Positions 1 to 9,644 of a stretch of 64,000 nucleotides of DNA are shown one piece after another (within the stretch, counting starts at the first letter, position 1; every line of letters starts with the position of its first letter). The notes beneath the pieces were generated by a model. It was not told where the DNA came from. It worked only from the letters and a program-made list of their open reading frames with translations, and did no database searches. Made by a program: the position numbers and the translations under genes. Location: the NCBI GenBank assembly GCA_017629245.1, contig JAGBXO010000009.1, positions 38,256-102,255 on the forward strand, written 5' to 3'. The stretch comes from Alphaproteobacteria bacterium. GTDB taxonomy: Bacteria; Pseudomonadota; Alphaproteobacteria; Rs-D84.

Positions 1-1
1 T

Positions 2-808
2 AATCCAAAGGATAGTTTGTTGGGTGCAATGGACCGGGCGGACAACATGGATGCGTTGCGTAATATTATGATGCAAAGTGTGCGATTTAACCCAGGCGTA
101 TTGCGCGATGTAATTGCGGTGATAAATTTTGCAAATGTGATGGATTATAATTTTGATGTGGGTTCAGGAGTGGCTACAGTTTTGTCGGATGATTTTAATT
201 CATATGGTTTGAAAATTTCTGTGCGTGAAAATTTAACAGATGATTTTGCAGGCGCGATATCCCTGCGTATAGGGGATGTTGAATATGAGAATTGGCTGGA
301 TAAATTTGATGGAAAGTATTTCGGAGGAGATGTTTACTTTGGGTGGGATTTGTCCGATAAAATTTGGGTGCACGCTATTGGTGGGATAACATACGGATTA
401 TTTGATTTATCCAAGGTGTTTTATGATAATAAGGTCGTGAATAGCCCAGATGTGTTGGCTGGATTTTTATATGCAGATTTTGGTTATGATTTTGATTTTT
501 TTGACGTGTTGAATTTATGGCTTTGGGGTGGTGTGGAAAATAATTTGTATGTTGTTTCAGGTGTTGATTATTATGACTTTGCGGTGCGTGGCGGGGTGGC
601 GGTTGGCCGGTCGGTTGATATGATGGGGATAAGGTATGATTATAATGTGGGGATAGAAGCAAACACTGATTCAAAAATTAGTGCATATGGGCGAATCGGC
701 TTCTGGTCAGATATGGATGCGATTGGTGGCGATGTAACATTTGGTGTTATGCGTGTGTTTGATACACTGGCGTACAAGGTTGCATTGAATGTGCGGGTGG
801 CGTTCTAG
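2..808 (+). CDS. C-terminal part of an outer-membrane beta-barrel protein (autotransporter-type translocator domain). The 5' end lies outside the window.
   Basis: The reading frame is open to the window edge. The sequence has alternating aromatic/Gly-rich beta-strand-like character over about 260 aa. It ends in ...NVRVAF, the terminal aromatic residue typical of OMP barrels. Confidence 0.5.
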   Translation, partial: NPKDSLLGAMDRADNMDALRNIMMQSVRFNPGVLRDVIAVINFANVMDYNFDVGSGVATVLSDDFNSYGLKISVRENLTDDFAGAISLRIGDVEYENWLDKFDGKYFGGDVYFGWDLSDKIWVHAIGGITYGLFDLSKVFYDNKVVNSPDVLAGFLYADFGYDFDFFDVLNLWLWGGVENNLYVVSGVDYYDFAVRGGVAVGRSVDMMGIRYDYNVGIEANTDSKISAYGRIGFWSDMDAIGGDVTFGVMRVFDTLAYKVALNVRVAF

Positions 809-2103
809 TCTGTAAATTTTCCGCGCAGACATGCCTTGTTCGCAGTGGTGATAACAATGTTTGCCATTTCTGGCGCGTTATCACGGTGGGCGACGATACA
901 TGGTTGCATATATTGTGTGCGGTATACCAGGTGTTTACCGGTTTTGTCAGGTCCTTCTAGCAGGCAAGATAGTGTCTTATCTATACAAGAAAGATTAAAA
1001 TCGCGTTGGACTTCATTTAAATATGTATCCAGTTTTGCCAGACGCGCAGATTTTATGTTTTCTGGGATTTGGTCTGGCATTAATGCGGCACCTGTGTGTG
1101 GGCGCGGTGAATACTTAAATGAATATGAATTTATGTATTTTATCTGTTGTGCAATTTGCATAGTTTGTTCAAAATCCGAATCGGTTTCGCCGGGGAATCC
1201 AACAATAAAATCTGACGAGATTTGAATGTCGGGACGCGCGGTTTTTAATTTGTTCACTATGTTGCAATATAATTCCAGACTGTATGGTCTGTTCATGCGC
1301 TTTAAAACATTTGGTGCGCCACTTTGGATTGGCATGTTTAAAAACGGCAGTAATTTTGGTTCGACTGCAAACATGTCAATTAAATCATCTGTCATTTCTG
1401 TTGGATAACTGGAAGTAAAGCGTATACGCATGATTTCTGGGATTTTTGCTGTTTCGCGAATTAAGTCAGACAGGCGATACAGTTTGCCGTTTTCGTCGGT
1501 ATATTTATATCCGTTTACATTTTGTCCCAAGAAACAAATTTCAATTGCGCCAGTTTTTGCAGCGTGAACTGTGTCGCGCATAACCGAATCGAATGCGCGT
1601 GATAATTCGCGACCACGGGTGTATGGAACAATGCAATATGTGCAACAATGGTTGCATCCTTCTTGGATTGGAATATATGCAACGCGTGGAGAGTTTTTCA
1701 TCTGGGGCAGGGAATCAAATTTTTCCAGCCCGCCCAAATCTATATTAAATAACCGCGTGTCGGGATTATTTAATATCTCTGGTAATTTGTGATAACTCTG
1801 TGGCCCCAGAACAAAATTTAATTCTGGTATTCTGCGGAATGCGTCTGTACCCGATTCGCGCGCAACACAACCAACGATTCCGAATAGCGCAGATGGTTTT
1901 TTTGCGCGTCTGATGCGCCCCAGTGCAGAATAAACTTTATCCGTTGCCTTGGCACGAACAGCGCATGTGTTTAGTATGATGATGTCTGCGTCTGGAATTT
2001 GTTCTGTACGCACGAATCCGTGGTGTTCAAGCATGCTGGCAATACGCCAACCATCATATACATTCATCTGACAACCAAAGGTTTGGATAAAGAATTTTTT
2101 CAT
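805..2103 (-). CDS. miaB: Radical-SAM methylthiotransferase, most likely tRNA-i6A37 methylthiotransferase MiaB
   Basis: N-terminus MKKFFIQTFGCQMNVYD. Radical SAM motif CNHCCTYCIVPYTRGRE. The 432-aa length and TRAM-like C-terminus fit. RimO or MtaB cannot be fully excluded. Confidence 0.75.
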   Translation of the reverse strand: MKKFFIQTFGCQMNVYDGWRIASMLEHHGFVRTEQIPDADIIILNTCAVRAKATDKVYSALGRIRRAKKPSALFGIVGCVARESGTDAFRRIPELNFVLGPQSYHKLPEILNNPDTRLFNIDLGGLEKFDSLPQMKNSPRVAYIPIQEGCNHCCTYCIVPYTRGRELSRAFDSVMRDTVHAAKTGAIEICFLGQNVNGYKYTDENGKLYRLSDLIRETAKIPEIMRIRFTSSYPTEMTDDLIDMFAVEPKLLPFLNMPIQSGAPNVLKRMNRPYSLELYCNIVNKLKTARPDIQISSDFIVGFPGETDSDFEQTMQIAQQIKYINSYSFKYSPRPHTGAALMPDQIPENIKSARLAKLDTYLNEVQRDFNLSCIDKTLSCLLEGPDKTGKHLVYRTQYMQPCIVAHRDNAPEMANIVITTANKACLRGKFTD

Positions 2104-2108
2104 TTTTC

Positions 2109-2333
2109 CTACTTATGTCTTGTTCGTTGAATTTGAACTTTTTTGTTGTTTATTTGTTTCTGTTTTGCGTTAAAAGCACGCATTGCGTTTTGACGCATAT
2201 ATTTTTCTTCGCGTGCTTTTATTTTTGATTGCGCTTCGTGTTTTTCCATTTCGCGCACAATGGCAACAATATCTGCATACATTTTTTCACGGACCTCTTT
2301 AAAAAAGGTTTGTAGGTATAAATATATCATCAT
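2109..2333 (-). CDS. Small Lys/Arg-rich hypothetical protein. The real start may be the internal MYADIVAIV.
   Basis: The ORF is packed between gatB/orf63 and miaB with gaps of a few nt or less. It is predicted helical and ends ...IQRTRHK. No recognisable family. Confidence 0.35.
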   Translation of the reverse strand: MMIYLYLQTFFKEVREKMYADIVAIVREMEKHEAQSKIKAREEKYMRQNAMRAFNAKQKQINNKKVQIQRTRHK

Positions 2334-2334
2334 A

Positions 2335-2526
2335 TTATTTCCGGCGTGTGCGTGCGTGTTTTATTTTCTGTGTGCGACACTTTGCAACATAGGATTGAGC
2401 TTTTTTATATGCTTCTTTCTGTGCAATGAGATGTGCGGGAACTGTGTTTTTTGGTTCTGGAATTACAACCAGTTCAATTTCTACGCCTGTTATCATATTG
2501 TCTCTTACTTTAATAATTTGTACCAT
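2335..2526 (-). CDS. Small hypothetical protein with a basic tail
   Basis: 63-aa ORF starting 18 nt after the gatB stop. It ends ...KHARTRRK, similar to the tail of the next ORF. No recognisable family. Confidence 0.35.
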   Translation of the reverse strand: MVQIIKVRDNMITGVEIELVVIPEPKNTVPAHLIAQKEAYKKAQSYVAKCRTQKIKHARTRRK

Positions 2527-2543
2527 TTTGATTCCTTTTTTGT

Positions 2544-4064
2544 TTATGCTAATTTTTTACGTAAAATTTCATTCACAACAGCTGGGTTTGCAGTGCCGCC
2601 GGTTTTCTTCATGACGTTACCAACAAAGAAGCCCAGTAATCCAACTTTGCCAGATTTGTATTGTTCAACCTGGGACGGGTTTGCAGCGATAACTTCGTCA
2701 ACAATCGCTTCAATTGCGCCGGTGTCGGTCATTTGTTTCATGCCATATTTGTCGGCGATGTCACGCGGGGTGCCCGATTCGCCATCCAACATTTTTATAA
2801 AGATTTCTTTGGCTTGTTTGCCGTTGATTGTGTTTTCGGCAACCATGTCAACCAGTTCGGCCAAATCAGATGGTGTGATAATACGCATGTCGTCCACAAT
2901 ACCTGATTTTTCGTTTTTGACATCCCAATTTTCTGGGTGCGCGAACAATTCAGAAATCATCCAGTTGGCGACACCCTTAGCGCGTTTTTTGTCGCCGTTT
3001 ACAGAAGCATCATACCAATGTGATATATCAGTGCTTTCGGTCAGGCGCGCTGCATCATATTCAGACAGCCCGAATTCATGCGTATAGCGCGCGCGTGTTG
3101 CGGATGGTAATTCCGGCATGGTGTTGCGTATGCGTTCAATTTGTTCATCAGATATTTCCAGTGGCAACAGGTCTGGATCTGGGAAATAACGATAATCCAA
3201 CGCGTCTTCTTTGCTGCGCATAACAGATGTTGTGCCATCACCCTGGTGATAGCGCATTGTGTCCTGAGTGACTTGGCCGCCGTTTTCATAGATTTTAATT
3301 TGACGGCGGGCCTCAAACTCAATGGCGGATTTGATGAACTTAAATGACACCATGTTTTTTGTTTCGGTGCGTGTGCGAAATTCGGTTGAACCCACTGGAC
3401 GAACAGAAACATTTACATCGGCGCGCATGGAACCTTCTTCCATGTTGGCGCGTGATACGCCCAGTGCGCGTGCGATTTCGCGAATTTCACGCAGATAACG
3501 TTCCGCTTCGTCTGGGGATGTGATATAGGAATTGTTTTCAGGATTTTTTGTGTCCAAGAAAGTCACGATTTCCAGCAGTGCGACACCGGTGCGGTTATAG
3601 TCTGCAAATGATTTTGTTGGATGAACATCGTGCTTTAATTTACCGGCATCTTGTTCCAAGTGTGCGCGTTCAATCAAAATTTTCTTTGGATTGCCATCGT
3701 CGCCCATAATTTCAACCCAGCCGCGGCCAACAACCGGTGGTTCATCGGCAGGCTGTGAAATCTGGTATCCCTGGGGCAGGTCAGGGTAGAAATATTGTTT
3801 ACGGGCAAAACGACTGATACGGGAAATTTCTGCATTCAGACCCAATCCCATTTTTATCGCCTGGTCAACACAGAATTTATTTATAACCGGCAACATTCCA
3901 GGCATTGCAACATCAATCATTGATGCCTGGGTGTTGGGTGATATGGTTGGGTTATAGTCGGCAGATGCACCGCTGAATAATTTTGAATTAGAAAGGACTT
4001 CGATATGTGTTTCCAGTCCGATTACCAATTCCCAATCACATGTTTTGCCTTTTATCGTAAACAT
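2544..4064 (-). CDS. gatB: Asp/Glu-tRNA(Asn/Gln) amidotransferase subunit B
   Basis: N-terminus WELVIGLETHIEVLSNSKLFSG, plus YFYPDLPQGYQISQ and a C-terminal GatB/YqeY-like tail (VMKKTGGTANPAVVNEIL). Confidence 0.9.
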   Translation of the reverse strand: MFTIKGKTCDWELVIGLETHIEVLSNSKLFSGASADYNPTISPNTQASMIDVAMPGMLPVINKFCVDQAIKMGLGLNAEISRISRFARKQYFYPDLPQGYQISQPADEPPVVGRGWVEIMGDDGNPKKILIERAHLEQDAGKLKHDVHPTKSFADYNRTGVALLEIVTFLDTKNPENNSYITSPDEAERYLREIREIARALGVSRANMEEGSMRADVNVSVRPVGSTEFRTRTETKNMVSFKFIKSAIEFEARRQIKIYENGGQVTQDTMRYHQGDGTTSVMRSKEDALDYRYFPDPDLLPLEISDEQIERIRNTMPELPSATRARYTHEFGLSEYDAARLTESTDISHWYDASVNGDKKRAKGVANWMISELFAHPENWDVKNEKSGIVDDMRIITPSDLAELVDMVAENTINGKQAKEIFIKMLDGESGTPRDIADKYGMKQMTDTGAIEAIVDEVIAANPSQVEQYKSGKVGLLGFFVGNVMKKTGGTANPAVVNEILRKKLA

Positions 4065-4119
4065 TTTGTCTTTTTCCCTTGCTTTTTTATTTTTTGTATC
4101 TTATTATTGTCGTCGCGTT

Positions 4120-4195
4120 GGCTAGGTAGCTCAGTTGGTAGAGCAAGGGACTGAAAATCCCTGTGTCGGCGGTTCGATTCCGTCCCTAGCCACCA
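4120..4195 (+). tRNA. tRNA-Phe (anticodon GAA), with CCA encoded
   Basis: Hand-folded cloverleaf: acceptor GGCTAGG/CCTAGCC, D arm GCTC-AGTTGGTA-GAGC, anticodon arm AGGGA-CTGAAAA-TCCCT, T arm GGCGG-TTCGATT-CCGTC, discriminator A, then CCA. Confidence 0.9.
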
Positions 4196-4232
4196 TCTCC
4201 TTTCTAAATGAGGCCGTTTTTACGGTCATTTT

Positions 4233-5699
4233 TTATTTCCCCATAATTATTGTTGGGCGGTTGTCAATGGCGGCCGCGGTTTCAATGTGTTTTGCCAATT
4301 GCAGAACGCGCATGTCGTCAAAGCGTTTTCCTACAACCTGAATCCCCAGTGGCAGACCGTTGCCCGCCAGGCCGGCAGGTACACTGCATGCAGGTACGCC
4401 CGCCAGGTTCATTGCAACCGTAAATAAATCCAGTGCGTAATATTCCAATGGGGTCAGATCTGAATCCAACGGCATCGCGGTGCCGGCAGATGATGGACAG
4501 ATGATTAAGTCGCACTGTTCAAATGCGGCATTAAAACTGTCTGATATCATACGGCGTACGCGTGCAGCCTGCATAAAGTATACATCGTATGATTCACTGG
4601 ACAGTACTGCGGTACCGATTACCATACGGCGTTGCACTTCGTCGCCAAATCCAGCGGCGCGTGATTTTTTAAATGTGTCATAAATATCACGACCTTCGAC
4701 ACGAATGCCATAACGCATGCCGTCATAACGGGCAAGATTCGATGATGCCTCGGCTGGGGCGATGATATAGTATGCCGCCAATGCGTCCAGAATGTTTGGA
4801 ATAGATACTTCAACAATTTCTGCGCCCATGGATTTTAAATCGGCAATGCGTTTTTCAAATAATGTTTTCATGTCGTCTGAAATCTTAACATCATCAAATT
4901 CGCGGATTACGCCAACACGTAATTTTTTGCCATTGCCCAGAATTGGTTGAATCTCAGACGTGCAGGCGAAATTGTTTTCGCAGCTGGTGGATTCGTGCGC
5001 GTCGTGTCCTGCCATAATGTTTAATAATAATCCTGCATCGTCAACGGTGCGTGCGATTGGTCCGGGGGTGTCCAAGGAAGACGCAAAAGCAATGCAACCA
5101 AAGCGAGAACATATGCCGTATGTTGGTTTCATCCCAACCAGGCCAGTTATTGCAGCTGGAAAGCGAATCGAACCGCCGGTGTCAGTACCCGTTGCAGCAA
5201 TGGCCAGTCCCCCCGCCACCGCAGATGTTGAACCGCCCGAAGAACCGCCCGCGGTCAGACGTTTTTCAATTTGCCATGGGTTAACAGGGGCGCCAAAATA
5301 TGATGTTTTGCTGAAAGTTCCCATTGCGAATTCGTCCAGGTTTGCCTTGCCCAATAACACGGTGCCGGCATCAATGAATTTTTGTGATATGGTCGATTCG
5401 TATTCTGGAACAAAATTTTCTAGCATGCGTGATGCCGCGGTTGTGCGAATGGAACGCGTGGCAAATAAATCTTTCATTGCGATTGGTGCGCCGTCCAAGA
5501 ATTTTGCGTCACCTGCGGCACGACGTGCATCAGATGCGGCCGCGTCAGCCATTGCGCGTTCGGGTGTGGTTGTGATATAGCAATTTAAATCCGTGCCATA
5601 TTTTTCAATGCGATCCAGATACGCGCGTGTTAATTCCACCGCAGAAATTTCGCGGCTGTTCAGTTTTTTAAGTGCTTCTGTCAATGTTAGATTTATCAT
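4233..5699 (-). CDS. gatA: Glu-tRNA(Gln) amidotransferase subunit A
   Basis: Amidase signature GGSSGGSTSAVAGG...TDTGGSIRFPAA. The length (488 aa) and N-terminus (LTEALKKLNSREISAVELT) are typical. Confidence 0.9.
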   Translation of the reverse strand: MINLTLTEALKKLNSREISAVELTRAYLDRIEKYGTDLNCYITTTPERAMADAAASDARRAAGDAKFLDGAPIAMKDLFATRSIRTTAASRMLENFVPEYESTISQKFIDAGTVLLGKANLDEFAMGTFSKTSYFGAPVNPWQIEKRLTAGGSSGGSTSAVAGGLAIAATGTDTGGSIRFPAAITGLVGMKPTYGICSRFGCIAFASSLDTPGPIARTVDDAGLLLNIMAGHDAHESTSCENNFACTSEIQPILGNGKKLRVGVIREFDDVKISDDMKTLFEKRIADLKSMGAEIVEVSIPNILDALAAYYIIAPAEASSNLARYDGMRYGIRVEGRDIYDTFKKSRAAGFGDEVQRRMVIGTAVLSSESYDVYFMQAARVRRMISDSFNAAFEQCDLIICPSSAGTAMPLDSDLTPLEYYALDLFTVAMNLAGVPACSVPAGLAGNGLPLGIQVVGKRFDDMRVLQLAKHIETAAAIDNRPTIIMGK

Positions 5700-5711
5700 T
5701 TTTGCTTGCTC

Positions 5712-6155
5712 TTACTTTTGTTTATATTTTGCGTAGTGTTGGGGGAACAGTGTTGCGCCCAGTGTGCGTCGTATGAATTCGTCACAACATTTGCCGTTTG
5801 CCAAATTTTTGCAACATATACCCATTTTCATATCTTCGTCTGCCCCGTGTGGTACACTTGTGCATTTTGGTTTTGCGTCTGAGAAATAGAAGATGTTAGA
5901 TACTTCGACTGACCGATTGCGTTTGTTATGAAATGGGTTCCTGCCAAAATTGACAGTGTCCATAAGTTGAATAGACATAGTGCGTACACATGAGTCTGTT
6001 GTTACAGTGTTCTTTTCATCAGAAAATTCAGACATTAACCATTCCAAGTTATTGCGATCGATTTTTCCCATTTCTTGTTCGAATGAGGAAAATTCTGGAT
6101 CGTATGCATCCGTGACAATAAATTTTACAGGAATATTTCTTTTTGTGTCTGGCAT
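5712..6155 (-). CDS. Hypothetical 147-aa protein with a Cys-rich C-terminus, inserted between gatC and gatA
   Basis: The ATG at 6155 lies 1 nt after the gatC stop (TAA at 6159-6157). Its stop is 12 nt before the gatA start. The C-terminal cysteine cluster reads CTSVPHG...GICCKNLANGKCCDEF. No recognisable family. Confidence 0.5.
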   Translation of the reverse strand: MPDTKRNIPVKFIVTDAYDPEFSSFEQEMGKIDRNNLEWLMSEFSDEKNTVTTDSCVRTMSIQLMDTVNFGRNPFHNKRNRSVEVSNIFYFSDAKPKCTSVPHGADEDMKMGICCKNLANGKCCDEFIRRTLGATLFPQHYAKYKQK

Positions 6156-6156
6156 A

Positions 6157-6453
6157 TTATTCACCATCCATAACCTTAGGAACTGCAAAGTATCCGCGTG
6201 ATGTGCCGGCGTTGTCGGGCGTGTTTGCCAAAACCAAATCGCGAATGTTGCCATCGGTGACGATGTCTTCGCGTTGTGGTAATTTATGTTCTGATGGGTT
6301 TAACATTGGGGTCACACCCGTTGTGTCAATTTTTTGTAATTTATCCAACCATTCAACCACAGAATCAATATTCATGGATTCCAGTTTTTCCGGGCTGATT
6401 TCAATTTTGATTAAATCTGCGAATTTTTGTAATTGTTGCTTGCTAAATGCCAT
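6157..6453 (-). CDS. gatC: Asp/Glu-tRNA amidotransferase subunit C
   Basis: Start chosen at MAFSKQQLQKFADLIKIEISPEKL. About 98 aa with a GatC-like ...GYFAVPKV end, and it lies in the gat cluster. Confidence 0.8.
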   Translation of the reverse strand: MAFSKQQLQKFADLIKIEISPEKLESMNIDSVVEWLDKLQKIDTTGVTPMLNPSEHKLPQREDIVTDGNIRDLVLANTPDNAGTSRGYFAVPKVMDGE

Positions 6454-6491
6454 TTTCAATCCTATTATTTCAAAGTAAAAGGAATTATACA

Positions 6492-6941
6492 ATGATTTTG
6501 CCAGATTTCAAGGCTTTTCCACGCAGTGGGCGTGTTTTGGGAATTGATTGGGGACTGCGGCGGATTGGGGTCGCGGTATCTGACCCGATGCGTGATTTTG
6601 TATTCGCCCGTGATGTGATTGTTTTGCCGCGTGGGGCAGAAAATCATGCCGATTTGGTTGCGAATATAGCAATGCAGGAAAATGTCGTTGGTATTATTGT
6701 CGGATTGCCGTTGTATCCAGATGGCAGTGTATCAGATACGACGAAAATGGTGTGTGATTTTATCGATAATTTGGCGGAAAAAACAGATTTACCAATTTGC
6801 ACAATAGAAGAAAACCTTACATCTGTTTCGGCCCAAGAAGATATGGGGCGTGTTCGTGTGCGTGATTTAAAGGCGCGGTTAGATTCGGAATCTGCGCGTG
6901 TGATTTTGGAAAATGCAATTGCAATGATTAACCGGGCATAA
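6492..6941 (+). CDS. ruvX: YqgF/RuvX-family putative pre-16S rRNA nuclease / Holliday junction resolvase-like protein
   Basis: GIDWGLRRIGVAVSD...GIIVGLPLYPDGS motifs. AAAGGAA RBS before the ATG at 6492. Confidence 0.8.
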   Translation: MILPDFKAFPRSGRVLGIDWGLRRIGVAVSDPMRDFVFARDVIVLPRGAENHADLVANIAMQENVVGIIVGLPLYPDGSVSDTTKMVCDFIDNLAEKTDLPICTIEENLTSVSAQEDMGRVRVRDLKARLDSESARVILENAIAMINRA

Positions 6942-6972
6942 TGCCCGGTTTTTATGCGTATAGCGCGTTTTT

Positions 6973-8004
6973 TTATTCTTCGTTTTTGTCGGGAATTTGA
7001 CCGTCTGCGGACAGTAATACCGCAATCCAACGCGTGTTGTCAAACTGGGCGCATATTATGTACAGCGCAACCAATAATGGAACACTAAAGAACATGCCGG
7101 CGATTCCCCATATCATGCCCCATACAACCAGATTTATTAATATTGCTAATGTTGACAGGTTTAGGGTCTTGCCGGTTAATTTTGGCTCGATGATATTCCC
7201 GAATAATATTTGCAGGCCAATTAAGCCGACGGCGGTTAATATTGGTTCTTGCAAGGTGGGGTATGATACCAATGAATATAGTATTGGCAGACCGCATGCA
7301 ACGATTGCGCCAATTGTTGGAATATAGCTGGTGATGAATACGATAAATGCCCAAACACCTGCGAATTCTAGGCCAATCATTTGTAACCACATATAAGATA
7401 CAACGCCGGTTATTGCTGATATAGTTGTCTTTACAAACAGATATTTTTTCATGTTTGTATCAATGCTGTCCAGAATATATCGCATCTTTTTATACTGTCT
7501 GCGACTGGGAAACATGGCGTTGAATTTTTTATTAAATGTACTTTGTTCAACAAACATAAATATCATGTATACTAATACCATACCAAATGATGCAGCAATG
7601 CCTGCGATGGATGTGCCAATGTTGGCGGCAATTTTTGTTATGTTTGGTATCATGTTTGCATCAAAGGTTAGTCCAACAGATTTTGACAGGTATGTTCCAA
7701 ATTCGGTTAGTTTGGATTGCAGGGCAGGCAGGGCCGCTAGCAATTCAGAGAACATTGGACGAATTTGTGTGACAAATACATATCCGACCAGGCAGACTGT
7801 TGCCAATGTTGCAATGTGCGCAATCCAATCAAATAATTTTTTTTTGTAATTGGTTGATTCTTGGTATGGTAATGCACGACGATAGTATTCAGATATTGCA
7901 TTCATCAGGTACCATAGGAAAGCTGCAATTAACAGCGGAATGAATATCGTGCGCCCAATCCACAGTAAGAATACAAAACCAATAAATGCGATTATTTTGT
8001 TCAT
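6973..8004 (-). CDS. AI-2E (PerM/UPF0118) family transporter
   Basis: 343-aa polytopic membrane protein. The C-terminal region GNIIEPKLTGKTLNLSTLAILINLVVWGMIWGIAGMFFSVPL is typical of the family. Confidence 0.7.
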   Translation of the reverse strand: MNKIIAFIGFVFLLWIGRTIFIPLLIAAFLWYLMNAISEYYRRALPYQESTNYKKKLFDWIAHIATLATVCLVGYVFVTQIRPMFSELLAALPALQSKLTEFGTYLSKSVGLTFDANMIPNITKIAANIGTSIAGIAASFGMVLVYMIFMFVEQSTFNKKFNAMFPSRRQYKKMRYILDSIDTNMKKYLFVKTTISAITGVVSYMWLQMIGLEFAGVWAFIVFITSYIPTIGAIVACGLPILYSLVSYPTLQEPILTAVGLIGLQILFGNIIEPKLTGKTLNLSTLAILINLVVWGMIWGIAGMFFSVPLLVALYIICAQFDNTRWIAVLLSADGQIPDKNEE

Positions 8005-8016
8005 TGTTTATTTCCT

Positions 8017-8949
8017 TTACAGATTAATGCTTTGTTCTGTTGAGTTTATGTTTATTTGTTGCTGTTTTTGCAGGTTGTTTGTAATTCTGTAGAACAGGCT
8101 GAATGTTATAATTAAAACTATATTAATGATTATCGCCCAATTTGCATATTTGCCACCAATGTTGTTAAGGAATTTCTTGGTGCCGGTGTTCAATGCCCAA
8201 ATGCCAAATATCAGGGCAAGTGTGAATGTTAGCAGTATGCTGTTCAGGCCGTATATAAAACCAGATAACATTGTGATAACGGAAAATACTGCGATTAGGA
8301 CAGACTGATGTGTTATGATTTTATCTGTTATTTTTTTATACCAATTTAATTTGATTGATATGTTGTTTGTTTTATCGTTTGTATTTAATATATATCCAGG
8401 TGTCCATAGCGCAGAAAAACCAAATGGCATGCTGCAAACGATTTTCCAGGTTGGTATGTTTAATGCCTGTATGCGGCGGATTTTTGCGTAGATATTTGAG
8501 AATAATATGCCAAATATATACAGTATAAATATGGCAATTGCTGATATTAGCAATACAAATGTTGGTTGTGATTTTGTTTCCAGTAATATCAATTGCAATA
8601 CAATTTCAGTCGCATTATTTATTACAATATATGTTAGTAATATGAAAAATATTGATGTAATTAACATTTGTGAATTGTGCGTTGCAACAAATGAAGCGCG
8701 ATCAAAGTTTATGCGTGGTAATTTATAGAACATATGGGCGATACATCCAATAAATGTTATTGTGCATAGCCATATTATTGGTTGGGTTGGTATTGGCGCT
8801 GGTGCATAAATCTTGGCTGTGATAAATGTGTACAGCAGGCCAACAATGGTTAGGCATATAAATGTTATGATTGAGAATTTTATAGGTGCCCATAAAATCC
8901 AGGTAGATAATTTGGATGTATTTGTTTGTGACATGTGTTTTCTCTCCAT
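8017..8949 (-). CDS. Polytopic integral membrane protein, function unknown
   Basis: About 8 hydrophobic segments and I/L/F-rich composition. No recognisable family. Confidence 0.5.
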   Translation of the reverse strand: MERKHMSQTNTSKLSTWILWAPIKFSIITFICLTIVGLLYTFITAKIYAPAPIPTQPIIWLCTITFIGCIAHMFYKLPRINFDRASFVATHNSQMLITSIFFILLTYIVINNATEIVLQLILLETKSQPTFVLLISAIAIFILYIFGILFSNIYAKIRRIQALNIPTWKIVCSMPFGFSALWTPGYILNTNDKTNNISIKLNWYKKITDKIITHQSVLIAVFSVITMLSGFIYGLNSILLTFTLALIFGIWALNTGTKKFLNNIGGKYANWAIIINIVLIITFSLFYRITNNLQKQQQININSTEQSINL

Positions 8950-8963
8950 TTATTTAATTTGTT

Positions 8964-9641
8964 CTATTCTATCATAATTTTGCCAGATGATAAAGTTGTT
9001 GTATGTGAGAACGGTATTAGTTGTGTAAAATCGCTTTGGTGACTGATAACTAAAAATGTTGTATCAGGCATGGTGTTAATTGTGTCTGCGATTAGTTGTT
9101 TTGTGTTAATGTCTGCGCCCGAGTCTGGTTCGTCCAGAATTGCAAATTCGGGTTTTGTTAACAGCAGTTGCAACAGCATTATGCGTTTGCGTTCGCCACC
9201 GGAAAATCCGACATTAATACTGCGGTTTAACCATTCGCGCGGAATGCCCAGTTTTGTGCGTGCGGTTTCCAGGTTCTCCAAAAATTCTGCCATGGATAAA
9301 TCGTGGCCTGTTTTAAATCGAGTGTGAGCGGCGCAGGAATGTTTTAGAAAGCTGATTACTGTCAATCCGGGAATTTCTGGGACGTGCTGCGAGCCAAGAA
9401 ATACGCCGTATAGCGCGCGTGTGGTTATGTTTTCATTTGTTATGTCGCGTTCGTTGAAAATGATTTTGCCAGATTGAATTTTGTAATCTGGTATGCCAGT
9501 GATTGTTTGCGCCAAAGTTGATTTGCCGGAACCGTTATGACCAGCCAATAGATGTCGTTCGCCACGTGATATGTGCAGATTTATATCTGATAATAATTCG
9601 CGGTTGTCCATTGTCACAGTTAGGTTTTTTAATGTTAGCAT
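8964..9641 (-). CDS. sufC: Fe-S cluster assembly ATPase SufC
   Basis: Walker A GHNGSGKST, ABC signature FSGGERKR, Walker B ILDEPDSG. No transmembrane domain. Lies immediately downstream of sufB. Confidence 0.85.
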   Translation of the reverse strand: MLTLKNLTVTMDNRELLSDINLHISRGERHLLAGHNGSGKSTLAQTITGIPDYKIQSGKIIFNERDITNENITTRALYGVFLGSQHVPEIPGLTVISFLKHSCAAHTRFKTGHDLSMAEFLENLETARTKLGIPREWLNRSINVGFSGGERKRIMLLQLLLTKPEFAILDEPDSGADINTKQLIADTINTMPDTTFLVISHQSDFTQLIPFSHTTTLSSGKIMIE

Positions 9642-9644
9642 CTT

